A DNA stretch of 64,000 nt from Thermodesulfobacteriota bacterium (GCA_040755455.1 JBFMAY010000005.1:49990-113989); one strand, 5' to 3'; counted from the stretch's first letter, positions 40,704-50,635 are shown. A program made the numbers and translations. The notes: generated by a model not told the origin, from the sequence alone.

Positions 40704-42762
40704 CCGTTGACTCCTGAAGCCTGGCCAGTCGCGCCAACGCATGGGTGTCAATGATCAGGGCCACCTCCCCGTTGCCGAGGATGGTGGAGCCGGAAAGACC
40801 TTCCGCGTTGCGGTAAGCCCAGCCCAGTGATTTGATGACCGTCTGGTGCCCGCCTACCACTTCATCAACCACCAGGCCGATCTGTTCCTCCCGCAGACGG
40901 ACGATCACCATCTGTTCCCGGCCCGGCCTGTTGCCAGGCACGGCAAAAAAATCACGCAGCCTCACATAGGGAAGAAGATGGTCACGCACGGCAAATACAC
41001 GGCGGCCATGGAAACGGGCGATGTCAGCAGCAGTCAGTTCGACGCATTCCTCCACCTCGGACAGGGGCAGAACAAAATGGGTGTCGCCGGTGCGGACCAG
41101 CAGGCCGTCAATAATCGCCATGGTCAGGGGCAGGGTAATGGTTACCGTGGTCCCCCTGTTTTTTTCGCTGTTGACATGGACCGATCCCCGCAGTTTCTCG
41201 ATGGCATTTTTTACCACATCCATGCCCACCCCCCGTCCGGAAACGCAGCTTATCTGTTTGGCCGTGGAGACCCCGGCGGCAAAGATGAGAGAAAAAATCT
41301 CCTGCTCACTCAGCACTTCATCTTCGCTGATGATGCCTTTCTGCAGGGCCTTTCGGAGGATACTGTCGGCGTCAAGCCCCTTGCCGTCATCAAAGACAGT
41401 GATGACCACATTGGCGCCGTTATGCACGGCGGACAAAAACAGGGTGCCGGAGCGGGGCTTGCCTGCCGCCTGGCGGTCATCCGGCGCTTCAATGCCGTGG
41501 TCGATGGAGTTTCTGATCAGATGGATGAGCGGATCATTGAGCTGCTCGATGACGGTCTTGTCCAGTTCCGTGTCCTCGCCCTCGGTTTTCATCTCCACCT
41601 CTTTGCCGAGTTCAGCGGAAAGGTCGCGTACCAGACGCTTGAAGCGGGTAAAGGTGCTGCCGATGGGCAGCATGCGGATGTTGAGCACCAGGTCGCGCAG
41701 TTCGGCGGTGAGATGCTCGATCTGCTCCACCGGTTCCAGCAGCGCAGCCTGCCGCAGGGCGGCGGCGACATCGGACAGCCTGGCCTGGGTGACCACCAGT
41801 TCCCCCACCAGGTTGATCAGGGTGTCAAGCTTGTCGGCGGCAACCCGGATGCTTTCCGCCCCCTTCATGGCTTGGGGTTCCGCGGTGTTTTTTTTCTTTG
41901 CGGCCTGCCCTGGTACAGTTTCCGCGTTGCGCGGAGCGGATGCTGCCGCGGGTTGTTGTGGTCCAGTCGGGGCTGGCGACGGAGTCTGGTCGGCCACCGC
42001 CAGCTCAGCGGCAAGTTGCTGATGATTTTTGTCGGTGGCCAGCGGGCTTATGGCAAGATTGGAGCTTGACTCGGCAAAGATGAAGGCATCACAGACGGCG
42101 TTGTGATCCCGGCCGGTGCTGAGCAGGATTTTCCAGGCAGGCCGCCCGGGCAGGCCGGCGTTGTCTTGGGCTCCCCGGACGAGCACGGTGCATTGTCCCA
42201 TGGACTGTAAATCCTGGAGTATCTGGCGGGGGTCTCCTCCGCCCTCGAAAAAGGCGGCTCCCGGTTTAAAATCGATGAGATAATGGCGCGTCTCGCTGCC
42301 GGAGGGCTCTTCTGTATCCCCTGGGGCGATGACCATCTCCTGCTGGGGGGCGCCCGCTGTTGCCTGTGCCGTGACCGGCTGGCTGCTGGTTACGGCTGCC
42401 AGATCATGGATGATGGCATCAGCCCGTTGGGGATCGGGTTCGTCACCGCCAGCGGCCGCGTCCAGCAGGGCGGTGATGAAGTCCCGGGACTGCAGAATCA
42501 GATTGATCAGCTGACGGCTTACCGGCACGGCCCCGTCGCGCACCCGATCAAGGGTCGTTTCCACGTGATGGGTGAAATCGGCGATCCTGTCAAGGCCGAA
42601 CATGGCCGCCGATCCTTTGATGGTATGCATGCTGCGGAAGACCCTGCCGACCAGCTTGAGGTCTGCCGGGGCGTTTTCCAGTTCCAGCAGGGAGCCCTCC
42701 AGTTCTTCCAGGAGCTCCCGGGCCTCTTCCTGGAAAACCGCGAGAAAATCATTGTCTGCCAT
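40687..42762 (-). CDS. cheA: Chemotaxis histidine kinase CheA
   Basis: Hpt FRSMHTIKGSA, LINLVGELV, HLIRNSIDHGIE, SGRGVGMDVVK, CheW domain. Confidence 0.96.
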   Translation of the reverse strand: MADNDFLAVFQEEARELLEELEGSLLELENAPADLKLVGRVFRSMHTIKGSAAMFGLDRIADFTHHVETTLDRVRDGAVPVSRQLINLILQSRDFITALLDAAAGGDEPDPQRADAIIHDLAAVTSSQPVTAQATAGAPQQEMVIAPGDTEEPSGSETRHYLIDFKPGAAFFEGGGDPRQILQDLQSMGQCTVLVRGAQDNAGLPGRPAWKILLSTGRDHNAVCDAFIFAESSSNLAISPLATDKNHQQLAAELAVADQTPSPAPTGPQQPAAASAPRNAETVPGQAAKKKNTAEPQAMKGAESIRVAADKLDTLINLVGELVVTQARLSDVAAALRQAALLEPVEQIEHLTAELRDLVLNIRMLPIGSTFTRFKRLVRDLSAELGKEVEMKTEGEDTELDKTVIEQLNDPLIHLIRNSIDHGIEAPDDRQAAGKPRSGTLFLSAVHNGANVVITVFDDGKGLDADSILRKALQKGIISEDEVLSEQEIFSLIFAAGVSTAKQISCVSGRGVGMDVVKNAIEKLRGSVHVNSEKNRGTTVTITLPLTMAIIDGLLVRTGDTHFVLPLSEVEECVELTAADIARFHGRRVFAVRDHLLPYVRLRDFFAVPGNRPGREQMVIVRLREEQIGLVVDEVVGGHQTVIKSLGWAYRNAEGLSGSTILGNGEVALIIDTHALARLARLQESTDVRRQ

Positions 42763-42770
42763 GAAAGCTC

Positions 42771-43310
42771 CTATTCAGCAGGTGGTTCCTCCGCCACCTG
42801 CTCCTCGGTGGTCAGTGCCCCTGATTGCACATCCCGCAAGGTTGCCTCTCCCTCGTTGGCCAATACCTTGTCAATGTCGAGGAGAATGAGAAACTTATCC
42901 TCATGGCGTCCCATGCCCTTGATGAAATCGGTATTGAGATTGGTGCCCATGCGGGGAACGGGCTCGATATTGGCCTGATCAAGCTCAAGAACCGCCTGCA
43001 CCGCATCGGTCAGCACTCCCATGGGCACCGGCGCGGTTTCGGCCTCAACCACAATCTCCATGATCATGATGCAGGTGTTGATGGTTTTCTTGACCGGCTC
43101 CATGCCCAGCTTGAGCCCGAGATCCACCACCGGCACCACGTTGCCCCGCAGGTTGATGACGCCGCAGAGATAGGAAGGCATGCGCGGGATTCTGGTCAGG
43201 GTGGCCACATCGAGCACCTCCCGCACCTTGAAGATCTCCACGGCAAAATCCTCTTCGCGCAGGGTGAAGGAAAGATACTGGCTGCTGACAATTTCATTCT
43301 GTATGTCCAT
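42771..43310 (-). CDS. cheW: Chemotaxis coupling protein CheW
   Basis: QYLSF, VREVL, GVINLRGNVVPVVDL; GGAGG RBS. Confidence 0.94.
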   Translation of the reverse strand: MDIQNEIVSSQYLSFTLREEDFAVEIFKVREVLDVATLTRIPRMPSYLCGVINLRGNVVPVVDLGLKLGMEPVKKTINTCIMIMEIVVEAETAPVPMGVLTDAVQAVLELDQANIEPVPRMGTNLNTDFIKGMGRHEDKFLILLDIDKVLANEGEATLRDVQSGALTTEEQVAEEPPAE

Positions 43311-43320
43311 GGCCGCCTCC

Positions 43321-45426
43321 CTAATATCTTTCGAAATCGTCATCAGCTTCGCTCAGTTTTAGTTTAACCCCTTCACCTTGCTGGGAAGCGTCGGCCGCCT
43401 TTTTCTTCGGTTTGTGCACAGGCGGGGGCGGCAGCTTTTTTTCCGCCAGTGAGGAAGTTGCGCTGTGCCGTATCTGCGCGGAATATTCCCTGTTGATCCT
43501 GAAAAATGAGATGGCCCGCATCAGTTCATTGGACTGGGCATTGAGTTCTTCCGCTGCGGCGGAAAGCTCCTCGGCGGCCGAACTGTTCTGTTGGATGACC
43601 TGATTGAGTTGTTCCACCGCCCTGCAGTTTTCCTGGACCCCCTTGGCCTGTTCCGCACTGGCCGCATCGATTTCCTCCACCAGATTGGCGGTTTTTTTGA
43701 TCTGCGGCACCATCTCCAGAATGACTTTTCCCGCATTGGCGGCGATTTCCACGCTGCTGCCGGCCACCCCTCTGATCTCCATGGCCGCTGTCTGGCTCCG
43801 TTCGGCAAGCTTGCGCACCTCGGCCGCCACCACGGCAAATCCTTTACCGTGTTCGCCGGCCCGGGCCGCTTCAATGGCGGCGTTCAAGGCCAGCAGGTTG
43901 GTCTGGCGGGATATCTCTTCGATGATCTCGATTTTTTCGGCAATGGTCTGCATGGCCTTTTCCGTATCAGCCACGGCCTGGCCGCCCCTCTCCGCATCCT
44001 GGGCCGCCTTGTTGGCAATGGCCGCGGTCTGGCGGGCGCTGTCGGCGCTCTGGTCCACCGTGCTGGTCATTTCTTCCATGGAGGAGGAGATCTGTTCCAC
44101 GGTGGCCGCCTGCTCGCTGGCCCCCTGGGACACGGTCTGCGAGGTGGCGCCCAGTTCGGTGCTGCCGGTTGTCACCTGGGCCGCGATTTCACGGATGGTC
44201 ACCACCGTATCCTCCAGCCTGGTCACCATTTTGCGCATGGCATTGGCCAGGGCGCCGACCTCGTCGTTGCTCTCCAGGGTCATCTGCACGGTGAGGTCGC
44301 CGTCCGCCACCGATTCGGCGAATTTCACCCCGATGTTGAGCGGATCAATGATGGAGCGGGAGAGTTTGTAGAGAAAAACCGCCAGCACTGCGGCAGACAG
44401 CAGGAAGGTGAGCAGGGCGATGATGTTGGCCGAGGAGACCACGCTGGCCAGGCGTTTTTCCGCATCAGCCCGTTCGCTCTCCACGGAGACGGCATATTTA
44501 TGCAGGGCTTCAGTGGCCTGGGTGCCGTATTGATCAAGCTCGTCGTCCATCTTGTTAAAGGCGGCCTCCATCTGTTTGAGCCGCACCGCGCTGTTTTCAA
44601 TGAGCTCCTTCAGCTCCACCTTGATGCCCTTTTCCAGGGCAGGAAGGCCTTTGGTGATGTCGGCGATCATCTGGCGCTCATTTTGGTTGGCGGAAAAGGC
44701 CGCGAGCTTATCCAGATCTGCGTAGAGAGCTTTGAAGTCTTTGTCAATAGCGGCCAGCCGGTCATCATGGATTTTGCCTTCATGCTTGTCAATGATGGAA
44801 TCCATGGCGGCCAGCATCACCTCGAGCTGGGCCATGTGCATGTCTGTGACAAGCAGGATGGTCTCGGTGAGTTCATCGTGGTCCTTGCCCGTTGCAGCGG
44901 CCAGCCTGGCATGGAGTGACTCGTCAAGCTTGACCAGATTGTCGCCCACCGCCTTGCCGTGTTCATCCAGGATGTCGTCAATATGGTCAAACTCTTTTTC
45001 AATGCGGGCCATCTCGCTGCCCGAGGCCTCGATGAGTTCCTTGAGGTCCTTCTGGATGGCGGTGATCAGCTGCTCCATGTTGCCCACCATGGCGGTGGCC
45101 AGCTGTTTTTCCTCGGCATTGTCAGCAGCTTCCGTCAGAGCCGGCAGGTTGGTTTTCAAAAAGGCGGCGGAGCGGCTGATACTGTCCATGCGTTCCTTGT
45201 CGATTGAGCCGTGATCCCTGTCAATCAGGGAATCCATGGCAGCCAGCAGCAGTTCAAGGGTGCTCTTTTCCATCTCGTTGATGGTGCTTAATTGATGATT
45301 TCTCACCTGGCTGATCTGCATGGATGAGTTGACCGTGCGATTGGCAAAGAACATCACGCAAAAAAGAATCAGCAGGGCCAGAATGGAGATGCCTCCCGCC
45401 ACACCAAGTTTTTTCGCTATTGTCAT
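43321..45426 (-). CDS. Transmembrane methyl-accepting chemotaxis protein with duplicated helical sensor domain
   Basis: Two TMs, [42 protein letters not shown]-terminal DFERY pentapeptide-like tail; GGAGG RBS. Confidence 0.94.
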   Translation of the reverse strand: MTIAKKLGVAGGISILALLILFCVMFFANRTVNSSMQISQVRNHQLSTINEMEKSTLELLLAAMDSLIDRDHGSIDKERMDSISRSAAFLKTNLPALTEAADNAEEKQLATAMVGNMEQLITAIQKDLKELIEASGSEMARIEKEFDHIDDILDEHGKAVGDNLVKLDESLHARLAAATGKDHDELTETILLVTDMHMAQLEVMLAAMDSIIDKHEGKIHDDRLAAIDKDFKALYADLDKLAAFSANQNERQMIADITKGLPALEKGIKVELKELIENSAVRLKQMEAAFNKMDDELDQYGTQATEALHKYAVSVESERADAEKRLASVVSSANIIALLTFLLSAAVLAVFLYKLSRSIIDPLNIGVKFAESVADGDLTVQMTLESNDEVGALANAMRKMVTRLEDTVVTIREIAAQVTTGSTELGATSQTVSQGASEQAATVEQISSSMEEMTSTVDQSADSARQTAAIANKAAQDAERGGQAVADTEKAMQTIAEKIEIIEEISRQTNLLALNAAIEAARAGEHGKGFAVVAAEVRKLAERSQTAAMEIRGVAGSSVEIAANAGKVILEMVPQIKKTANLVEEIDAASAEQAKGVQENCRAVEQLNQVIQQNSSAAEELSAAAEELNAQSNELMRAISFFRINREYSAQIRHSATSSLAEKKLPPPPVHKPKKKAADASQQGEGVKLKLSEADDDFERY

Positions 45427-45757
45427 GCTTTTCCTCCTAGTTAGGTGAAACAACGATTATGCAGCCGACTGAGAAATCTGATGATGTGATGAAGCTTTTT
45501 GCCGCCCGGGCCTTGCAAGCTAGCCGTTCCCTGCGGCGATCAGGACTCGTGAATGCCTCTGGTGGTCTGATTCGCTTTGCCGCATTGTTCCAACTCTTTC
45601 ATTATATTCATAGATTTTGGGGAAAGTGAATATAAAAATGTTGATGCGGCCAGGGAAGCAGGGGTGCTGCTGAGGGAGGATGAATTGGGTGAAACGGGCA
45701 GGGCGGTTTCACATCCCGGGGCCAGGCATGATGCAGGCAGCATCCCTGCGGCAATGA

Positions 45758-46651
45758 TCACCTGATTTTGGCAAAGTGCGGGGATTTCAGGAGAAGGGCA
45801 AAGGGTAAAGTTGCCGGCCAGCCGGCAGGGGAGCCGGTCAGCTGAAAAAGATGATCGTTTACCACCGGGCATTTCACGGTGAGCAGAAAATAGATGGGCG
45901 CTTGCACCTCGGAGAGGGTTTCAAAGTTACCCTGTCCTTTGCTGATGATCAGATCGGCGGCATAAAACAGTTGGCGGAACTCCTCCGAGCAATGGGGCAG
46001 GGGGGTGCCCGGACAGCCGGTGCCATTGGTGGTCACCCGGCAGATGTTATCCAGGCCGCACTCCCGGGCATCTTCCAGCAGGGCGTCATTGATGATAGCT
46101 TTTTCTTTGACCACAAAGGTCACATCTTTGCTTAATTGCTCAATGGCAATGCCGTCAAAGACCAGCTCTCCGCTGTTGTCGCCCAGATATACAACGCTGC
46201 CGGCCTGCTGCAGGTCAGTCTCCAGTTCGGCGAAGTCATTGACCGGCATGGGGTGCACCAGGGCGTCGCGGATGATCTGTTCCATGTCAAACTGGTGCAG
46301 GGAGCCGTAATCGATAATATTGCCGGCAATGGAAAAGGTCAGTGCGGCCAGCAGGGGATTGTCCGCCTCATGTATTTTTTTTCTGATCAGGGGGGCAATG
46401 CTTGCGGCAAAGCGATTGCTCTCTCTTTTTGCCGCGGCAAAGGGGTCCGGGCAGCCGGAAATCCCGGCAATCAGCCCATAGAGATGAACGGCGTTTTCCG
46501 GGGGACTGACGGTGAAATCAATGAAGGGCAGAAACTCCTTTATCGCCCCGGCCAGGATTTCTTTGTGCAAGGCCGGGGATGCGGTGCTGAGCCGTGCTGT
46601 ATGGAGCGCCTGCCTGAGGAAGCAGGGGAGGCAGTCTAATGTTGTCCGCAT
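45758..46651 (-). CDS. DUF89/ARMT1-like damage-control phosphatase
   Basis: DCLPC..RQ, DPF..AK..SN, IAGNIIDYG, DNSGELVFD, IINDA, ISKGQGNFETL, LTVKC. Confidence 0.9.
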   Translation of the reverse strand: MRTTLDCLPCFLRQALHTARLSTASPALHKEILAGAIKEFLPFIDFTVSPPENAVHLYGLIAGISGCPDPFAAAKRESNRFAASIAPLIRKKIHEADNPLLAALTFSIAGNIIDYGSLHQFDMEQIIRDALVHPMPVNDFAELETDLQQAGSVVYLGDNSGELVFDGIAIEQLSKDVTFVVKEKAIINDALLEDARECGLDNICRVTTNGTGCPGTPLPHCSEEFRQLFYAADLIISKGQGNFETLSEVQAPIYFLLTVKCPVVNDHLFQLTGSPAGWPATLPFALLLKSPHFAKIR

Positions 46652-48255
46652 GATTTAATGGCTGGCCGGAGGGATGCGTTTTCGCCGGCATACCTGCCGA
46701 GAACGCAGGTTGCCGCCATGGAGGCCGTGGCATTGATCAGCTCCGGGATGGAGATGCTCTGGTTGAATCCGCCGAGATGGGGGCCGGTATGCAGGACGAT
46801 GTCCCGCGTGCCTTTGGGAATCGTGGCGGCCTGGGAGGCGGAAAGGCCTCTTGCCGTCAGAAACAGCCTGAACTCACTATCGCTCATCTGCTGCTGGTCG
46901 ACTTGGCGCAGCATCTCCTCCATGTGCCGGTCAACACCCATCTCGGCAATCATGCGGGCCGCCAGGTTTTTCACGGCAAACGGCATCGCACCCTGGTAAT
47001 CCTGACCGACAAAGCCTTTGTAGTAGCTTGCCAGGGTATCCCTGATCAGTTCCATGAGAAGGTTTTCATCAAAAAGATGTCTGGCGTCAACCGGGTTGCC
47101 TGCCGGGGTCAGCCCCTGCAATCCTTTCTCCCGGTTACGAAAGTAGCTGGCGGCGACGAGGAGCAGGCTGAGGATGTGGGCGCCGAGATTCCAGTAAAGC
47201 TTTTCGCCTGACTTGTCCGTTGTTTGAAAATGTTCAAAATCCCTGATGCCGGTAAGGCCGAAATTCGGATGCTGGCAGGAGGCAAGCCACTGGTCAAGCC
47301 GTCCGCCGAGGGGCCAGTCGTAAAGCCCGTTGTCTTCTCTCCGGTGGCGCTGCACCCGGTTGTGAAAAAGCGGGATCGGTGCGGTGTGAATGTTGCCCTG
47401 GGAGGCAAAATGACCTAACAGCCAGCCGTTTTGCCGCATGACCTCCTTGACTTCGGCAAACTGCCGGTAGTGATGCGGGTCATTGGCGTAGGCGAAATAC
47501 TCCCGGTGGGCCGTAAAGGCGATGGCGATGTGCTCCGGATGGCACTGGAGAGCCGCGGGAGGTGCAAGGGGGAGGTCGGTAATGCGGAAAACCGGGCATC
47601 CATTCATCTCCAGCGGTAGCGGAATGTTGAAACGGACCGGCAGGGAGGTGCAATGTTTTCTTAAATTTGTCATCCAGTATGTTTCGGTAAATAAACTATC
47701 AGGGGAATCGTCCATCCGGGCAAATTTAATAACCAGGATCCTTTGGCCGGCCGCGCATGGCAAGGTGAGGCTTCTGCCGGTGAAAACCGCCTGGCCATGC
47801 GATACGCCCCCGCATTTATCGGCTATTTCTCCGAAGGAAACGGATGGTATCATGCCCTGACCGTTTGTCCTGGGCTGAAAAGGTTGATTGATGGTGACGG
47901 GCAGCGATCCCACGGCTTCCGTGGCTGCCCGGTGTGAGTTGCCGGTGGCGGAACGCAGCAGTCTTTTCAGCGTTGCCAGCGCGTGGTCTGTCAGGCCAGG
48001 ACAGTTGCTCGTGACAATCGCCGTCATGGTTCGCGCCGCTTCACGGAAAAGGAAAAAGGACTGACGATGCCGCAGGACATGTGGGTCATGCATCAGTTTT
48101 TCCAGGTTGATGATGTTGTCAACCCTCATGCTGCGCGGCTGGTTGCGGGCAAGCGCATGCAGGTTGCAGGCGGCAATATATCGGGCCGGGAATTCGGCAT
48201 GCATGCTGTTTAATGTCTGCTCTTCAAAGAGGATTTGCCTGCGCGCTGGTTCCAT
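46636..48255 (-). CDS. SidJ-related pseudokinase (putative protein glutamylase)
   Basis: GRSL, ILVIK...E, LFHNR...RREDNGLY, GRLDQW, PNFGLTGIRDFEH and GPHLGGFNQ occur in the same order as the SidJ catalytic motifs, as recalled. Confidence 0.78.
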   Translation of the reverse strand: MEPARRQILFEEQTLNSMHAEFPARYIAACNLHALARNQPRSMRVDNIINLEKLMHDPHVLRHRQSFFLFREAARTMTAIVTSNCPGLTDHALATLKRLLRSATGNSHRAATEAVGSLPVTINQPFQPRTNGQGMIPSVSFGEIADKCGGVSHGQAVFTGRSLTLPCAAGQRILVIKFARMDDSPDSLFTETYWMTNLRKHCTSLPVRFNIPLPLEMNGCPVFRITDLPLAPPAALQCHPEHIAIAFTAHREYFAYANDPHHYRQFAEVKEVMRQNGWLLGHFASQGNIHTAPIPLFHNRVQRHRREDNGLYDWPLGGRLDQWLASCQHPNFGLTGIRDFEHFQTTDKSGEKLYWNLGAHILSLLLVAASYFRNREKGLQGLTPAGNPVDARHLFDENLLMELIRDTLASYYKGFVGQDYQGAMPFAVKNLAARMIAEMGVDRHMEEMLRQVDQQQMSDSEFRLFLTARGLSASQAATIPKGTRDIVLHTGPHLGGFNQSISIPELINATASMAATCVLGRYAGENASLRPAIKSCGQH

Positions 48256-48451
48256 GCCGGATAGTATTTTTTAGGGTAAGTTGTAAATTTTTTTAAATTG
48301 TTCCGGCAATTATGGTTATTTTTCCGGAATAACAAAATATTATTGGGGAAAATTCCGTGTAATGAGAAAATGACCATTCACTCATTTAACAACAATATCT
48401 AATGATTTATTATTATTAGATAATTTTTTAGTAATAAATATTATCACGCTG

Positions 48452-48467
48452 TGGCACGCGGGTTGCT
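48452..48467 (+). promoter_or_regulatory. Sigma-54 (-24/-12) promoter
   Basis: TGGCACGCGGGTTGCT matches TGGCACG-N4-TTGCW exactly, in an AT-rich intergenic region. Confidence 0.8.
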
Positions 48468-48477
48468 TTGGTTAATG

Positions 48478-48661
48478 TTAAAAAAGTTTATGAAAAATAA
48501 ATTTATACCATAGCAAGAAACAATTCGCCAAACTGGATCAAATTTCAAATATGCTGGGTAGGGAGGTGATCAGTCAAGGAAAATCAGCAATTTCCAAACA
48601 CAGGAGGGACATGCTGCCATGAGCGCATGAGTTGACAGGTTGATATCCTGTAACTTTTTTT
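48478..48661 (+). ncRNA. Candidate sigma-54-dependent small RNA or leader (~180 nt)
   Basis: Bounded by the sigma-54 promoter and an intrinsic terminator; five GGA motifs; only tiny ORFs inside. Confidence 0.4.
48630..48661 (+). terminator. Rho-independent terminator
   Basis: AGTT(g)ACAGG-ttgatat-CCTGTAACT followed by a T-run. Confidence 0.7.
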
Positions 48662-48765
48662 AAAATTTGCTTAATCAATTTTTCCAGTTTATCCGATCAG
48701 ATAAATAGTGATAACTTTTCTCCATAACTGTTGAGGTAACCGGCAGGACGGTTCAAGGAGGAACC

Positions 48766-49188
48766 ATGAACGAGATAGATAAGCTTCAGTTGATGGCAGA
48801 GCTTACCCAGGAATTCTGCGAGCTGAACCACGGACCGCATATGCGGAAAGAACATTTTCCGGCCAGTGATTACATTGTCATGCCGTTCGGTTATGCGGAA
48901 AATGAGGTTACTGACGTTGCCGTGCGCGAGATGGTTGTGCCGGTCTGCCATGCCTGTGCAACCGCGCTGCTCGGCAATGAGTGGACGCTGCTCTACTGTT
49001 TTGAATGCTGCAGCAGCCAGTGGGTTTACCGCAAACTTGCCAGGAACAGCTACCGGCATCATATCCTCTGGCTGCGCGGTTGTCCTCACTGTACCAATGA
49101 ATTCGGCGGGCTTTATTTTAATGACCTGCAGGCGGTGGGAGACAGTGTTACCTTCATTAAAGACCATATGAACAGAATGGCTGCCTGA
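48766..49188 (+). CDS. Cys-rich hypothetical protein (probable Zn-binding)
   Basis: AAGGAGG RBS; CHAC, CFECC and CPHC motifs. Confidence 0.8.
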   Translation: MNEIDKLQLMAELTQEFCELNHGPHMRKEHFPASDYIVMPFGYAENEVTDVAVREMVVPVCHACATALLGNEWTLLYCFECCSSQWVYRKLARNSYRHHILWLRGCPHCTNEFGGLYFNDLQAVGDSVTFIKDHMNRMAA

Positions 49189-49226
49189 GATTTATCCGTC
49201 ATGTCGAGCAGGGCTCGGCGGCAATG

Positions 49227-49964
49227 TCAGGATGAAGCAGGCGGGCGCAGGAGATATTCAGTCCTGACATTGGCTAGGGCGGAAAAGATGTTTCCCTTCA
49301 TTTGCGGGTTCCCTTCCCAGAGATCGTTCAGTAACTGCCTGACCTTTTCCCGTTTGGATGTGCCGGCCAGAGGGCAGGGATTTTCAGCTGCCTCCAGATG
49401 AATTGATTCAGCCATGATGCGGATCTGCTGCTTGTCGACAAAGGCAAGGGGGCGGATGACCGTCAGGTCCCCGTTAAACAGGGGCTGGGCGGGAACCATG
49501 GTGCTGATGTTGCCGCTGTAGAGCAGATTGAGAAAAAATGTCTCGATAATATCTTCCTTGTGATGCCCGAATGCCAGTTTGTTGCAGTTTTTTTCTCTTG
49601 CCAGGGAAAAGAGCCTGGTTCTTCTGTTGCGGGCGCACTGAAAGCAGCCGCTTTCGCCTTTTCCCGCAGCAATGGCCTCCGCGCCGAATGTTGTCTGTTC
49701 CACCTCTACTTCCATGCCGATTTGTGCCAGCTGTTGCCGCACCATGCCGGCCACCTTGCCGGAATCAAACCCCAGGTCAAGATGAACGGCGGCAAGATGG
49801 TAGTGGATCGGGGCTTTTTTCCGCCATTGCTGCAGAACGGCGGCAAGGGTCAGGCTGTCAATTCCGCCTGAGACGGCGACCAGTACGGAATCGCCGTCAG
49901 CAAGCATGTTATAGGTGTGCATCGCCTGGCCGATGAGGCGGTTAATGGTTTTTGGTATGATCAT
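49227..49964 (-). CDS. ttcA: tRNA 2-thiocytidine biosynthesis protein TtcA family
   Basis: PP-loop VAVSGGIDS, CFQCARNRR, FGHHKEDIIETFF, IRPL, NPCP. Confidence 0.88.
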   Translation of the reverse strand: MIIPKTINRLIGQAMHTYNMLADGDSVLVAVSGGIDSLTLAAVLQQWRKKAPIHYHLAAVHLDLGFDSGKVAGMVRQQLAQIGMEVEVEQTTFGAEAIAAGKGESGCFQCARNRRTRLFSLAREKNCNKLAFGHHKEDIIETFFLNLLYSGNISTMVPAQPLFNGDLTVIRPLAFVDKQQIRIMAESIHLEAAENPCPLAGTSKREKVRQLLNDLWEGNPQMKGNIFSALANVRTEYLLRPPASS

Positions 49965-49996
49965 TGCGCCGGTTGCGGCAGTGCAAAATTTGCGTC

Positions 49997-50635
49997 TTAC
50001 TCAGCCAGGTACTGGCAGTCGTTCAGTTTTTCATGGAGACCTTCCCTGGCCAGCTGTTCAGCTTTTATCCATTTGAAGCCCCGGTTGGATGCCTTGGAAA
50101 AGGAAAAAAGATTGGAGAGCAGGGTCTGCTGTGTTTCGTCAAAAACTCCCAGACAGAGCGTCGTGCCGGTGGGCACGTGAATAAGCTGGTATTTGAAGGA
50201 CACGGAAGCGGGCTGGTTGACGGAGTAATCCCCGCCGTCCCGTTCGCTGTAACGGTTGACCACGGTCAGCATAATGGCGTCAACCCCAAGCTGCTGTCCG
50301 ATGTAGCGGGCGGTGGCCTGGGGATTGCCATGAAAATCGACTAGTAATGACTCTTTCTGGTTTTCGGTAAGGAGCATTATGCCTTTTTTATCCGCCAGCA
50401 TTTCCTGCAAAATGGTGTTGATGGTGGCAACCCCTGTCTCGAGCTGGCGGATGGTCGCATGGTCATAGTCCTTGTCCGATCTGTCTATCTCCGCAGGCAG
50501 GACGGCGAGGGAATCGATGGACGCCGGTGCCTTAACCTCCTCGGCGGGGGGCAGTTTTTTGGCTGAGCACGAGACCAGCAGGAGTGCTGCAAAGAAAATG
50601 GCAATCGGTAATGAGTAAATAGCAATACGTTTCAA
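49997..50635 (-). CDS. Lipoprotein of unknown function
   Basis: TTG start after GGAGG; signal peptide with lipobox LVSC. Confidence 0.75.
   Translation of the reverse strand: MKRIAIYSLPIAIFFAALLLVSCSAKKLPPAEEVKAPASIDSLAVLPAEIDRSDKDYDHATIRQLETGVATINTILQEMLADKKGIMLLTENQKESLLVDFHGNPQATARYIGQQLGVDAIMLTVVNRYSERDGGDYSVNQPASVSFKYQLIHVPTGTTLCLGVFDETQQTLLSNLFSFSKASNRGFKWIKAEQLAREGLHEKLNDCQYLAE

Noticed and set aside
45430..45620. c-di-GMP-I riboswitch upstream of the MCP (GAAAGAGTTGG...GCAAAGC on the minus strand)
   Set aside because: The GGCAAAC P2 5' strand and P3 elements are absent; only a partial resemblance.
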